A DNA stretch of 64,000 bases, taken from NCBI GenBank assembly GCA_963717465.1, contig OY970340.1:608001-672000 (forward strand). Reading direction: 5' to 3'. Origin of the DNA: Candidatus Bathyarchaeota archaeon. GTDB taxonomy: Archaea; Thermoproteota; Bathyarchaeia; Bathyarchaeales; Bathycorpusculaceae. Positions 42,350-52,756 of the stretch are shown here, in pieces. The notes below the pieces were generated by a model. That model was not told the origin of the DNA. It worked only from the letters and a program-made list of their open reading frames with translations, and did not search any database. Within the stretch, counting starts at the first letter, position 1. Every line of letters begins with the position of its first letter. The position numbers were made by a program, and so were the translations under genes.

Positions 42350-43009
42350 TTGTCTAGTCTAAAGTCAGTTCTGAAAGAAGTAAGAAAAGAACTCATGCAA
42401 AAAGATGAGATCAGGGAAGAAACCCACGACAGCATGCGGAAAGCAACTAGCCTATCAAAGCAGGCGATACTTCTTCTGCACCAAAAAAAACAAGAAGAAG
42501 CCGCGGGACTAATAGCAGAGGCTAAAGAAAGAATTTCCAACCTCCAAATCATGGCGAAAAAATATCCTGAAATTATTTACGGAGGTATGTTCAGCGCGGC
42601 TCTGCAAGAGTATTCAGAGGCCAACATATTTTTTGTGTTAATCAAGGAGTCACGCTTCGTGACGCCTAAAGAAATCAATGTGACCTCAGTGGATTACTTG
42701 CTTGGCATGGGAGATGTCGTGGGCGAGTATAGGCGCCAAGCCTTGGATGCATTACGCGAAGGTGATGCGGAGAAAGGAGAAAAATGCCTTGAAATTATGG
42801 ATGAGATATTCATAGAGTTAATGGCTCTTGACGAGGCATACATGCTAGTACCAGGATTAAGAAGAAAAACTGATGTTGCAAGACGAATCATCGAAATAAC
42901 TCGTGGAGATATAACTCAAGAAGTTAGAAGAAAATCACTAGAAGACTTCTTGAAAAAGTTCGAGTTTCCCAGCAAAGTAAAAAAGCAGGCTAAGAAAGAC
43001 CACGATTGA
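42350..43009 (+). CDS. Translin family protein
   Basis: ALQEYSEA, YLLGMGDVVGEYRR, LRRKTDVAR. Confidence 0.88.
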   Translation: MSSLKSVLKEVRKELMQKDEIREETHDSMRKATSLSKQAILLLHQKKQEEAAGLIAEAKERISNLQIMAKKYPEIIYGGMFSAALQEYSEANIFFVLIKESRFVTPKEINVTSVDYLLGMGDVVGEYRRQALDALREGDAEKGEKCLEIMDEIFIELMALDEAYMLVPGLRRKTDVARRIIEITRGDITQEVRRKSLEDFLKKFEFPSKVKKQAKKDHD

Positions 43010-43673
43010 GCCGCCATTTAAAGTCAGATTTTCAGTTAAAAAAGCTCGCAATGCGCAGAGGCTTTTATGCCAAAAAATTATATCCGAAGATAGACTGCCT
43101 CAAAAAATAAGAACCGTCGCCGGCGTAGACGTGTCATACTTTGGCGACAAGTGCATCGGCTGCGTCACAGTTTTAGATTTTGATTCTCTTGAACTTTTGG
43201 AAACGCAGACTGCAATCTGCCCAGTTAGAATTCCCTATATCCCAACTCTGCTTTCGTTTCGTGAAATGCCGCCAGCAATTGCTTGTATCAAGAAATTGAA
43301 GCTTAATCCAGACGTCCTCTTAGTCGACGCGCAAGGATTCGCTCATCCATACCGGTGCGGATTTGCCAGTCATCTCGGATTAGCTTTAAGCAAAGCTACT
43401 GTTGGAGCGGCAAAGAGCAGGTTAATCGGTGAACCAGTTAAAGTCAATGATAGAGTCTTATTGATTGATAAGGATGAGATTGTGGGGGCAGTGGTAACAA
43501 CTAAGCAGGGTTTAAAACCATTATACGTGAGCGTGGGTCACATGGTTTCCCTTGAAACAGCAATAAAAATCGTTAATCACTGTTCAAGAAGCCGCATTCC
43601 TGAGCCTCTGTTGCAAGCTCACAGGTTAGCAACGAAGGAAAGAAGACTTTTAGAAGAACACGTTAAAGTTTAG
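43006..43673 (+). CDS. nfi: Endonuclease V (frameshift near the N-terminus)
   Basis: AGVDVSY, PYIPTLLSFRE, DAQGFAHP, GAAKS, PEPL. Confidence 0.92.
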
Positions 43674-43694
43674 ACAAAAACATTATCTTAAGCG

Positions 43695-44054
43695 TTGACT
43701 ATCGCAAATGTGGTGGATGAGAAAATGGCTGAAGTTACATTTGGAGATTTTCAGAAATTGGATTTTCGCGTTGGGAAAATAATTGAGGCATCACCTGTTC
43801 CAGATAGCAAGAAATTGATTCGGATCATGGTTGATTTTGGATCGGAGAAAAGGCAAGCAATAGCAGGACTCTTAAAATGGTATAAGCCTGAGGATTTGAT
43901 TGGAAGAAAATGTGTTTTCTTGTTGAATTTGCAGAAGCGTATGTTAGCAGGTTTGGAATCTCAATGCATGATTTTAGCTGCTGAGGATGAAAATGGCAAT
44001 GTAACTGTGCTTATCCCTGAAAAGGATATAACAGAAGGAAGTAAAGTCGGCTAA
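43695..44054 (+). CDS. tRNA-binding OB-fold protein (MetRS C-terminal/Trbp111-like)
   Basis: DFQKLDFRVGKI...GLESQCMILAA. Confidence 0.88.
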   Translation: MTIANVVDEKMAEVTFGDFQKLDFRVGKIIEASPVPDSKKLIRIMVDFGSEKRQAIAGLLKWYKPEDLIGRKCVFLLNLQKRMLAGLESQCMILAAEDENGNVTVLIPEKDITEGSKVG

Positions 44055-44163
44055 TTTTCAGCTTTAGGGTCATAGAATTCGCCAGTTTTATTTCTTCAAA
44101 TCATGGAAAAGTAAATTAAGAATGCAAAACAAGTTAAGCCTACATTTATTTGGTGAGTAATTC

Positions 44164-45171
44164 ATGGCGACAAGCGAAGAAGCATTAATGTGGGTTGAAA
44201 AGTACCGTCCTAAAACTCTAAATGAGGTTGTGGATCTAAAGGACATTGTTGAGAGTCTCAAGGCTTTTTTGAAAAACCCAAAAACAATGCCGCATCTACT
44301 GTTAACTGGTATACCTGGCACGGGAAAAACAACTGTTGCCCTCTGCATTGCCCATGAATTGTTCGGTTCAAATTGGAAATCTTTTACGCTTGAGTTGAAC
44401 GCTTCTGATGAGAGGGGAATTGATACTGTACGGGATAGGGTAAAGGATTTCTCGCGTTATAGTCGTTCAGGTTTTGGCGATGTCCCGTTTGCCTTGATTG
44501 TGCTTGATGAATGTGATCAGATGACTGGTCCAGCTCAAACTGCGCTTAGAAGAATAATGGAGATAGGTTCCCGAACATCCAGGTTTATTTTGATTTGTAA
44601 TCAATCGAGCAAGATTATCGAGCCGATTCAGAGCCGTTGTGCAGTATTTCGGTTTTCGAAGCTTGATAGGAATGCGATGGTAGAGCATTTGCAGGTTATT
44701 GCTAAGAGGGAGAAGGTTAATTTGTCATCTGAAGCGGCGGAGAGAATAGTTGATTATTCTGAGGGTGACTTAAGGCATGCTATTAATGCTTTGCAGACGG
44801 CAGCTGTGTACAAGGAGCAGGGAGGCGTGGTGGATGAGAAGACTGTTCTTCAAGTAATCGGTGAAGCCAGTCCGAAGCAGGTTCAAATGATGCTAAATAA
44901 AGCCTTGAATGGTGATTTTATTGAAGCGAGAAAGATAATGTATGATTTGATGGGTTCGTTTGGTTTTTCTGGTTCGGATATTATTCGTCAGATGCAGCGG
45001 GAGCTTTTCAAGTTATCTTACATTTCGATGGAGCAGAAGGCGGAATTGAGTGATATTATCGGTGAATACGATTATCGTTTAACTCAAGGAGCCAACAGCG
45101 ACATACAGTTAAGCGCGTTGTTAGCCCAGTTTGCCAAAATTGGGAAGGCATCCAAAGGGGAAGATACTTGA
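44164..45171 (+). CDS. rfcS: Replication factor C small subunit
   Basis: WVEKYRP, GTGKTT, LNASDERG, IQSRC. Confidence 0.96.
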   Translation: MATSEEALMWVEKYRPKTLNEVVDLKDIVESLKAFLKNPKTMPHLLLTGIPGTGKTTVALCIAHELFGSNWKSFTLELNASDERGIDTVRDRVKDFSRYSRSGFGDVPFALIVLDECDQMTGPAQTALRRIMEIGSRTSRFILICNQSSKIIEPIQSRCAVFRFSKLDRNAMVEHLQVIAKREKVNLSSEAAERIVDYSEGDLRHAINALQTAAVYKEQGGVVDEKTVLQVIGEASPKQVQMMLNKALNGDFIEARKIMYDLMGSFGFSGSDIIRQMQRELFKLSYISMEQKAELSDIIGEYDYRLTQGANSDIQLSALLAQFAKIGKASKGEDT

Positions 45172-46397
45172 AAGATGACCTTTTATGGGTTGAAAAGTAC
45201 AGGCCACATAAGATAGCTGACGTTGTTGGTAACGATGAAGCGAAAGCGGCGTTTATTGAATGGTTTAGGAATAAGCGGCATACGAAAAAAGCAGTCTTGC
45301 TTTATGGACCTCCTGGTGTAGGGAAAACTACGCTTGTTAATGCTGCCGCTAACGAGTTTGGCTTTCGAGTTATCGAAATGAACGCGAGTGATACGCGTAC
45401 TGAAAAAGCAATAAATAAAGTTGCGGGCAAAGCAACCTCATACGTCGGCTTAGACACTTTCTCGTCTGATAGCAAAGGCAACGTAGTTTTTCTTGACGAG
45501 GTGGATGGCATCGCTGGGAATGAGGATCGAGGAGGAGTTTCCGCAATAATAGAGATAGTTGAGAATTCCAGGGTTCCAGTGATTATGGCTGCTAATGATC
45601 CTGATATTGAAAAGCTTAGACCGTTAAAGAAAGTTTGCGCCTTGATTAGGTTCCAACAAGTTCGTTTACCCCTAATAATTTTGACGCTGCAGAAGATTTG
45701 TAAAAGTGAAGGCGTGAAAGCAGAATTTAAGGCGCTTGAAAAAATTGCGTTGAACAGTCGAGGCGACGTACGATCTGCAATTAACGATTTACAAAGCTTA
45801 AGCGAAACAGACAAGACGCTTACAATGAAGGATACGGAAATGCTTGGCTTTAGAAACCAAGACATGAACATGTATGAAACGCTGAAACAGTACTTTTCGG
45901 CAAAATCCTTCAATGATGCTTCAATCTTGCTGAGCCGCTCAAACGTTGACTATGACGATTTAATGTTGTCGATTGGCGATAATTTGCCCAAGCGCTACAT
46001 TGACGTAGTTGACTTAGCTGCTAGTTATGAGTTTGTTTCTCAAGCGGATGTTTTTCGGGGAAGAATCGGTACTGAGAGCTGGCATCTGTTAAAGTATTAT
46101 TTTAATTGTCTTGCTCAGGCTGCAGCGGTTTCGCCTGAAACGTATAAGCCTTTTGATTTTATTATGCCGCCGATTAGGATTATTTCTTTGTTTTGGAGTA
46201 AGGGTAAACGGACCATGCTTGATAGTATATGTGGCAAGATAGGAGCACGGTGCCATGTTTCCAAAAGAACTGCCAAGGAAGATTTTGTTCCCCTTGTTAA
46301 GAGCATTCTTCAAAGAAGAAAAACTGACCCGATAATTGGCTACTTTGAGTTTACGCCTGAAGAAGTTGATCACTTACTAAACATGAACAGGTTTTAG
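45168..46397 (+). CDS. rfcL: Replication factor C large subunit
   Basis: WVEKYRP, GPPGVGKT, EMNASD, DEVDG. Confidence 0.94.
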   Translation: MKDDLLWVEKYRPHKIADVVGNDEAKAAFIEWFRNKRHTKKAVLLYGPPGVGKTTLVNAAANEFGFRVIEMNASDTRTEKAINKVAGKATSYVGLDTFSSDSKGNVVFLDEVDGIAGNEDRGGVSAIIEIVENSRVPVIMAANDPDIEKLRPLKKVCALIRFQQVRLPLIILTLQKICKSEGVKAEFKALEKIALNSRGDVRSAINDLQSLSETDKTLTMKDTEMLGFRNQDMNMYETLKQYFSAKSFNDASILLSRSNVDYDDLMLSIGDNLPKRYIDVVDLAASYEFVSQADVFRGRIGTESWHLLKYYFNCLAQAAAVSPETYKPFDFIMPPIRIISLFWSKGKRTMLDSICGKIGARCHVSKRTAKEDFVPLVKSILQRRKTDPIIGYFEFTPEEVDHLLNMNRF

Positions 46398-46409
46398 GAG
46401 GAAAAATGG

Positions 46410-46730
46410 ATGGTTGTTCTGAACAAGAAATCTTTCAAATTGCCGCGGATTGAAAAAGAAAAATTTGTTTCGCTGATGAGGATGGGAGTGGAGTATAATC
46501 GGGAGCAGGGCGTTTATTCGTTTAGCAGTTATAATAATATTGAAAAAGTCATTGATGCGCTTTCGGATATTTTGAAGATTGAGGTGCTTTTCTCGCAGAG
46601 TTGTACGGTTTGTGGAAAAGATTTTCCTTGCTCCGATTGCAGCTATTGTGATTTGTGTTCTACTAAGAATCTTCCTTTCAGTTGTGTATGTCCCCAGTGC
46701 TTGATTTTGGAAGAAGCGGTTAAGAACTAG
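46410..46730 (+). CDS. Hypothetical zinc-finger protein
   Basis: C-terminal CxxC repeats. Confidence 0.7.
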   Translation: MVVLNKKSFKLPRIEKEKFVSLMRMGVEYNREQGVYSFSSYNNIEKVIDALSDILKIEVLFSQSCTVCGKDFPCSDCSYCDLCSTKNLPFSCVCPQCLILEEAVKN

Positions 46731-46970
46731 TTTTGTTAGGGCTTATTGATTTGTCTTGCTTTCTTTTTTTAACTGCGTAACCTGCAAAATCATAGAAATT
46801 CCTTCAAATTCAAAATTTGGAATGGCCTGAAAATCTCGGAAAACCCAGCAGCAGAAGGGGAAAGTATAAACAAAGTGAAAAAAGTCTAGAAATTGGTTCT
46901 CCTGCAGGCTGCCCTTTCTAACCCTGGAAGAACAAAGGATACGAAAGGCTCGAGGCCTTGCAGTTTTAAT

Positions 46971-47055
46971 TGGAAATGTCCAGAAATGTCCTGAAAACGA
47001 GGAAAACCCATGAATAACATGGAAAATCTGGAAAAAATCCTGGTAATTCTGGGAG
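46971..47055 (+). repeat. Degenerate 9-10 nt tandem repeat (consensus about CTGGAAAATC)
   Basis: tggaaatgtc cagaaatgtc ctgaaaacga ggaaaaccca ... tggaaaatc tggaaaaaatcc tggtaattc. Confidence 0.5.
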
Positions 47056-47194
47056 CAGTATTGTGAATGCTGAAAAATTATAACGGTGTGATGTTTCTGT
47101 GTGAAACTGAAAAGATGGAGCGCAGAAAAGTTGTTATTCTGGAGATAATTATGAGTGTTCAAAGTCATTTTTTGGAAATGTTTAATTTTTTTCT

Positions 47195-47662
47195 TTGGGT
47201 TATATTATTGTGGTAAGCATGGAGTATGAATTGCTTTTTAAGGTGCCAAAGAATGATGCTCACAGGTTGCGTAAAGAAGCTGCGGTTAAGTTTCTAAGTT
47301 TAATTGCTGCGGGCAAACCTAAAGACGGCTTAGTTTTCTTTGCTTCTAATTGCTTAACGCATAATCCCTATACTGTTGGCGACATGGATGCGTTGACAGA
47401 TGCGATGATTGAGGTGCAAAAACGTGGCAGTGAAGGAATAGTGAAGGGTTCAAAAGCTAACTTTAAACTTTCTATACGGCGGGTGCTCGCTGAAGGAGAC
47501 CTTGTTGCAGTGCACACGGTACTATCCGGTTCCAACCCGGGTGAAGGCGGGTTGCGGCAGATTCATCTTTTCCGTTTCAAACGTAACAAGATTGTTGAGT
47601 ACTGGGACATCACTCAGTTCATTCCTGAAGGGGCGCCCAACGCATCTGGAGCATTTTCTTGA
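47195..47662 (+). CDS. SnoaL/NTF2-like protein
   Basis: HNP, RVLAEGDLVAVH, FRF...KIVEYWD. Confidence 0.82.
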   Translation: MGYIIVVSMEYELLFKVPKNDAHRLRKEAAVKFLSLIAAGKPKDGLVFFASNCLTHNPYTVGDMDALTDAMIEVQKRGSEGIVKGSKANFKLSIRRVLAEGDLVAVHTVLSGSNPGEGGLRQIHLFRFKRNKIVEYWDITQFIPEGAPNASGAFS

Positions 47663-47707
47663 GACCTCGAGGTTATTTTGCAAGACTTTGGTTGTTTGTT
47701 AAGTTTT

Positions 47708-48052
47708 TTACCAGCCATGTTTGATGATTGATGGTGTTAGAGGATGCTTATTTTCCTTGATTTTTTTGTGGCGTTTAAACTTGTTTATTTTGACTACGTT
47801 TTTTTCAAGAGTTGCCCAGTAAGCGTTGTTCAGGTTTTTGTGGTAAACGAACTTGTTCACGATCCTTTCCAGTTCTTGCGGGGAAACCTGTTCTGCGTTT
47901 AACTCTAACCCTTCGTGGCTTGATGATGAGTTTAGGTTAAACTGAGAGTGCATGAAACTTGAAAGAGCCTCTTTCTCGCCTTGCAGATCGCCCATGTCCA
48001 CCTTTAAATGAGATTCATGTTTGAAGACCAATTTTATCGACGACAAATACAT
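47708..48052 (-). CDS. Ribosomal protein eL22-like paralog, copy 1 (probable start near 47995)
   Basis: L..F core and VSPQELERIVNKFVYHKNLNNAYW resemble the eL22 KKFL...L..Y segment; recognised by eye. Confidence 0.5.
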   Translation of the reverse strand: MYLSSIKLVFKHESHLKVDMGDLQGEKEALSSFMHSQFNLNSSSSHEGLELNAEQVSPQELERIVNKFVYHKNLNNAYWATLEKNVVKINKFKRHKKIKENKHPLTPSIIKHGW

Positions 48053-48984
48053 GGAGCTATAACTATTAAAGTATGCTTAAAATTGACCTGTTTGAAATCA
48101 TAACGCTAATACGCCAGTTGAAGCAGTCAAACCTGCAACAGCCCACTATTGAAGATTGAAAGAATTGGTAAAAATCAGGAAATTCCGAGAAGTGAGTGCA
48201 TGGAAAATTTTGAAAGAAATCAAAAGACATGTAGTTCACGCTCTCCTAACGCTAGGAACGCTGTAGCGGAAGAGCTCCTAACATTTGGAGATGGAAAGAC
48301 ATTAGCATCTCCATTAAGAGAGGGCGAAGGAGGGATATAAAAAAACGCTCCTGATTGTTAGTAGTAAAATTTGCAAAAAGTGCAGTAAAAGTGATTTTCT
48401 TGGATAAGAATCTGCTCAAAAAACGCCTCTTTTAGTTAAAACTCGAAGGAAATAGTTTTACGCTTAAGGAAATTTTTGCAGAAACATCCATCAAATTCGC
48501 GTGCCATACAGCTACCGCTTATCGAAAACGTGCTCAAGAGCCACTTAGCAGGGCTAAGAATTGTCGCGTGCAACTATACCATAAAGCCAGCTTCAAGTGT
48601 TCTCAAGCCAAACGCGATCGAGCACGCATCACGGCTTTGACCCCAAACGTGCGGTCGTTATCGCCAATTTTCCCTTTCTCCGCAACTTTCCTTTTTCTTT
48701 TTGAATGTTGCAATCTCTGGAGCGGCGGGTCCGGTGGAATTCACCTAAAAAATTAAGCGAATCCTCGTTTAAGAACCGCTATCAATAGGGTGGCGATCAT
48801 ATCTTCATTATGATGTGAACATTTATAGTCGTAAGTTACCTATCTTAGTCAGCGGAATGGAACCGCTAAGTATAACTTAAAAGGAAACCGCAAACTCGAA
48901 GATATTCGAGAATGCGGGTCTTTACTCCTGAGCCAGTGTGTTTGAATGCGGGTCAAGAAATTATGACTGAAGGATTAGACACTT

Positions 48985-49875
48985 ATGAAAAGGCCATTTG
49001 AAGTAGATGTCTCAGAATACCCGTTCAGGGACAATTGGCTGTCTTATCGTGATGGGTATATTCATTATCTTGATGAGGGAAAAGGACCTACCGTTCTGCT
49101 TCTTCACGGAAATCCCACGTGGTCGTATATTTACAGAAATATCATTAAGGAATTGCGAGGAGAATGTCGCTTAATCGCTTTGGATTATCCGGGATTCGGG
49201 ATGTCAAAAGCACCTTCTCAATATGGGTTTACACCCCAAGAACAATCAGAGGCGGTCCTCGAATTGATCCGTCGCTTGGAATTAAAGAACATCGTCCTTG
49301 TGGTTCAAGATTGGGGTGGACCCATTGGTATGAACTATGCAGTTCAGAATAGATCGAACCTTCGCGGCCTTGTGGTGATGAACACTTGGGCATGGCCCGC
49401 ATCCTTTCTTCAAAGACTATTCTCCCTTGTGATGGGAGGATGGCCCCTCGGGTACTGGCTTCAAACACACCGAAATTACTTTGCAAAAGCGATGTTACCC
49501 GATGGGATTTTCCACAAGGAAAAGGTTACACCTAGTTTGAGAAAAGCTTATACCGACCCATTCCCGACGGTGGACTCAAGAAAACCCACTTATATTTTCC
49601 CGGGGCAAATCCGAAAAGCGCATGCGTGGCTGGGAAAGATTGAGTCAAAACTCCCGATTCTTAGTGACCTGCCAACACAAATTCTCTGGGGGGATAAGAA
49701 CGATCCAGGTTTCGGACCTAAAGAACTGAAAAAGTGGCAAGGATTTCTCAAGATGCAGGAAACTGAGACCCTTGATGATGCCTCGCACTCTGTTCAAGAA
49801 GATCGACCTGATCGGGTTGTCGCGGCTATTCGAAGAGTTCTTGAGAGAACGCAAGACCAAGTCGAATCAAAGTAG
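48985..49875 (+). CDS. Haloalkane dehalogenase-like alpha/beta hydrolase
   Basis: HGNPTWSY, DYPGFGMS, QDWGG, HSVQED. Confidence 0.88.
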   Translation: MKRPFEVDVSEYPFRDNWLSYRDGYIHYLDEGKGPTVLLLHGNPTWSYIYRNIIKELRGECRLIALDYPGFGMSKAPSQYGFTPQEQSEAVLELIRRLELKNIVLVVQDWGGPIGMNYAVQNRSNLRGLVVMNTWAWPASFLQRLFSLVMGGWPLGYWLQTHRNYFAKAMLPDGIFHKEKVTPSLRKAYTDPFPTVDSRKPTYIFPGQIRKAHAWLGKIESKLPILSDLPTQILWGDKNDPGFGPKELKKWQGFLKMQETETLDDASHSVQEDRPDRVVAAIRRVLERTQDQVESK

Positions 49876-50019
49876 TTCGAAAAGTCTCATAGCGAAAGGC
49901 AGCTGTCGTGGTAGACTTGCCGATAGAAGTTTTGGTGATGATTTAAAGGATGAGCATACATGTCAACGTATGCTGTGTGGCCTCGTGTCTCTTTATTGAT
50001 GACCTAAAAGACAGAGGAC

Positions 50020-50373
50020 CTATGCTCTTGATCTGGGAATGTACCAGCTGTGTTCATAAGGTGAATACATGATTGGCTTCAGAGGATGCTTGTTTTCTTT
50101 GATTTTTTTGTGGCGTTTATACTTGTTTATTTTGACGACGTTTTTTTCGAGTCTAACCCAGTAAGTGTTATTTAAGTTCTGATGGTAAAGGAACTTGTTA
50201 ACGATCCTTTTCAGTTCTTGAGGGGAGACTTTTTCTGTATTTAACTGCAATCCTTCGTTGCTTGATGAGGAGTTCAGATTAAACTGAGAAAGCATAAAAC
50301 TTGAAAGACCTTCTCTTTCACCTTTCAATTCACCCATGTCCACTTTTAAATGTGATTCATGTTTGAAGGTCAC
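50020..50373 (-). CDS. Ribosomal protein eL22-like paralog, copy 2
   Basis: Close paralog of 47708-48052, including upstream sequence. Confidence 0.5.
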   Translation of the reverse strand: MTFKHESHLKVDMGELKGEREGLSSFMLSQFNLNSSSSNEGLQLNTEKVSPQELKRIVNKFLYHQNLNNTYWVRLEKNVVKINKYKRHKKIKENKHPLKPIMYSPYEHSWYIPRSRA

Positions 50374-50578
50374 ATTTCATCAACAACCAGTACATTGAGC
50401 TTATGGCTATTAAAAGCTATTTAAGCCTCCACCGTTGAACTCAATACAATAAACACGCGGGATGATTACTCCTGAATTAGTTTTCGAAGCATATAGAAAT
50501 CCAGAATTCTTAAAACACGAGTTGCCTGTAAGGTAATTCTTATCTAGTTATTCATGATTAACATTTGTTGCAGAGTGC

Positions 50579-51835
50579 TTGTTTATGACAGAAGAACATA
50601 CACCCTTAACTGTTGCTCTAGCTCAACTTGAACTTGCAGCTAAAAAATTAAAACTTGAATCTGGAATCCACAAGATGCTTAGTCAACCGAAACGTTCCAT
50701 ACTGGTCTCAATTGACATTCGTATGGATAACGGGTCTATCGGCGTTTTCAACGGGGTTCGGGTTCAGCATTGGGATGTGCGTGGACCATTCAAAGGCGGG
50801 ATCAGGTATTATCCGAACATTACTCTTGATGAGGTTACTGCTTTGTCTATGCTTATGACTTGGAAGTGCGCTATTGCGGATATTCCGTTCGGTGGAGCAA
50901 AAGGCGGAGTCTGTGTTGACTCAAAAAAATTAAGCAAGCATGAACTTGAACGATTAACCAGAAGATACGTCAGCTTAATTTTCGATTACCTTGGACCGCA
51001 TAGGGATATTCCAGCGCCAGATATGTACACTGACGGTCAAACTATGGCTTGGATTATGGATACGTACAGTCAGTTTAAGGGTTACAGTGTTCCCGAATGT
51101 GTAACTGGCAAACCTGTGGAAATCGGCGGTTCAGAAGGCAGAATCCAAGCTACAGGCAGAGGCGTAATACACTGTGTTAAGCAAGCAGCCACGCAGATGG
51201 GTCTCAAACTTGGGAACGCTGAAGTTGCAATCCAAGGCTTTGGCAACGTTGGGTACCATGCAGCAGTTACAGCCAAAGAAATCGGCTGCAAAGTCGTTGC
51301 TGTAAGCGATTCAACAGGCGCAATCTACTGCAAAGACGGCTTAAACCCGCCTGATGTACTTTCGCATAAGGAGAAAACGGGTTCAGTGCAAAACTACAAG
51401 AACTGCAAAAATATGACGAATGAAGAACTTTTAGAACTCAGATGCGATGTGCTGATACCTGCTGCCTTAGAAAACCAAATCACCCGAAAAAACGCTGACA
51501 AAATCAAAGCTAAAATGGTGGCAGAAGCAGCAAACGGACCAACAACACCAGAAGCAGACAAAGCATTATACGAAAAAGACGTTTGCCTAATCCCAGATAT
51601 TTTAGCTAACAGCGGCGGAGTAACAGCAAGCTACTTTGAATGGGTACAAAACTTAACCCGCGAACACTGGACACTCGAAGAAGTCAACAAAAAACTAGAA
51701 GTAAAAATGACAAAAGCATACGACGACGTTCAAGCCCTAGCAAAAAAAGAAGGCTACGACATGCGCACAGGAGCACTAATGCTAGGCGTCGGAAGAGTTG
51801 CAAACGGAATAAAAACACTGGGATTGTGGCCTTAA
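50579..51835 (+). CDS. gdhA: Glutamate dehydrogenase
   Basis: GPFKGGIR, FGGAKGG, PAPD, QGFGNVG, EAANGP, SYFEWVQ. Confidence 0.95.
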   Translation: MFMTEEHTPLTVALAQLELAAKKLKLESGIHKMLSQPKRSILVSIDIRMDNGSIGVFNGVRVQHWDVRGPFKGGIRYYPNITLDEVTALSMLMTWKCAIADIPFGGAKGGVCVDSKKLSKHELERLTRRYVSLIFDYLGPHRDIPAPDMYTDGQTMAWIMDTYSQFKGYSVPECVTGKPVEIGGSEGRIQATGRGVIHCVKQAATQMGLKLGNAEVAIQGFGNVGYHAAVTAKEIGCKVVAVSDSTGAIYCKDGLNPPDVLSHKEKTGSVQNYKNCKNMTNEELLELRCDVLIPAALENQITRKNADKIKAKMVAEAANGPTTPEADKALYEKDVCLIPDILANSGGVTASYFEWVQNLTREHWTLEEVNKKLEVKMTKAYDDVQALAKKEGYDMRTGALMLGVGRVANGIKTLGLWP

Positions 51836-51884
51836 CTGAAAGAAAATTGAGACATGCCCCCCTTGAGTGTAATAATGCTTGCTT

Positions 51885-52604
51885 TCAGTGGGGAACCTGT
51901 ATGGTTTTGGCTGTATATGGCGCCATTATTATGACTGAAGTTTGGGGCATTCCTTCTTTGACTTTTTGTTCAAACTGTTGTTTCTGTTTGTCTGATCCAT
52001 GCATAGTTATCGCGACGGCTGGCTTAACATCAATTACCATTTTGTAGGCGTTTTCAGGTGAAGCTGTTGGGGACAATCTTCCAACAGGAACAATGGCTAC
52101 TTGAGAAGGATAATCTTTGAGGTTCACGTACCCAGAGTCGCCTGCATGAAACAATGTTATGTCGTCCATTTTTATTTGATAGAGCATTATTGGGCCACGA
52201 TGAATTCCCTGGATGGCTGTCGCAGTGACGTCGCCTAAAGTGTAGGTTTTGCCGTTCTCTGCGCTTACAAGTTTATCAGAGGGCAGTTTCCCCTTAAGTT
52301 TGTTGGCCACTTTAGGCTCGGCAAGAACTGAAGCCGCCGTTGCCTTGAAGATCGCTTGCGTTTTTCCTGACGAGAAATGATCTGCATGGTCATGCGTAAA
52401 AAGAACCAGATTAACAGTCTTTAGGGCGCTTACTTCGTCATCCTTCAGCATCCCTGCAGGGTCAAACAGGACTGCTTGGTTAAGGCTTCTTATGATGAAA
52501 CCTGATACACCTAAATAAAAAACTGCGAGCTCATTTTTCTGCAGGGGCAAGGCGTAGAATCTACCAACCTCGTCTGCTTTGCTTTTTCTAAACATTTCCG
52601 TCAC
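51885..52604 (-). CDS. MBL-fold metallohydrolase
   Basis: THDHADH, FHAGDS, MH. Confidence 0.85.
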   Translation of the reverse strand: MTEMFRKSKADEVGRFYALPLQKNELAVFYLGVSGFIIRSLNQAVLFDPAGMLKDDEVSALKTVNLVLFTHDHADHFSSGKTQAIFKATAASVLAEPKVANKLKGKLPSDKLVSAENGKTYTLGDVTATAIQGIHRGPIMLYQIKMDDITLFHAGDSGYVNLKDYPSQVAIVPVGRLSPTASPENAYKMVIDVKPAVAITMHGSDKQKQQFEQKVKEGMPQTSVIIMAPYTAKTIQVPH

Positions 52605-52756
52605 CAGCTTCTCTTCGAGAGAATCAACTATAAAAAATTAACGCATGCTTGACGACCTGCCGAACTCTTTTGTTGCCACTTAACGCGATTTCTCCTTCGG
52701 CATTGCAATCGTGCTTAACTCGGTTCCATAAATTAACTGAAATGAGCGAGCGAGGT

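Noticed and set aside
46971..47055. CRISPR array
   Set aside because: Units are short, degenerate and lack unique spacers; no cas genes.
46743..47168. 141-aa minus-strand ORF and the many antisense ORFs overlapping real genes
   Set aside because: Biased composition without recognisable domains; shadow ORFs.
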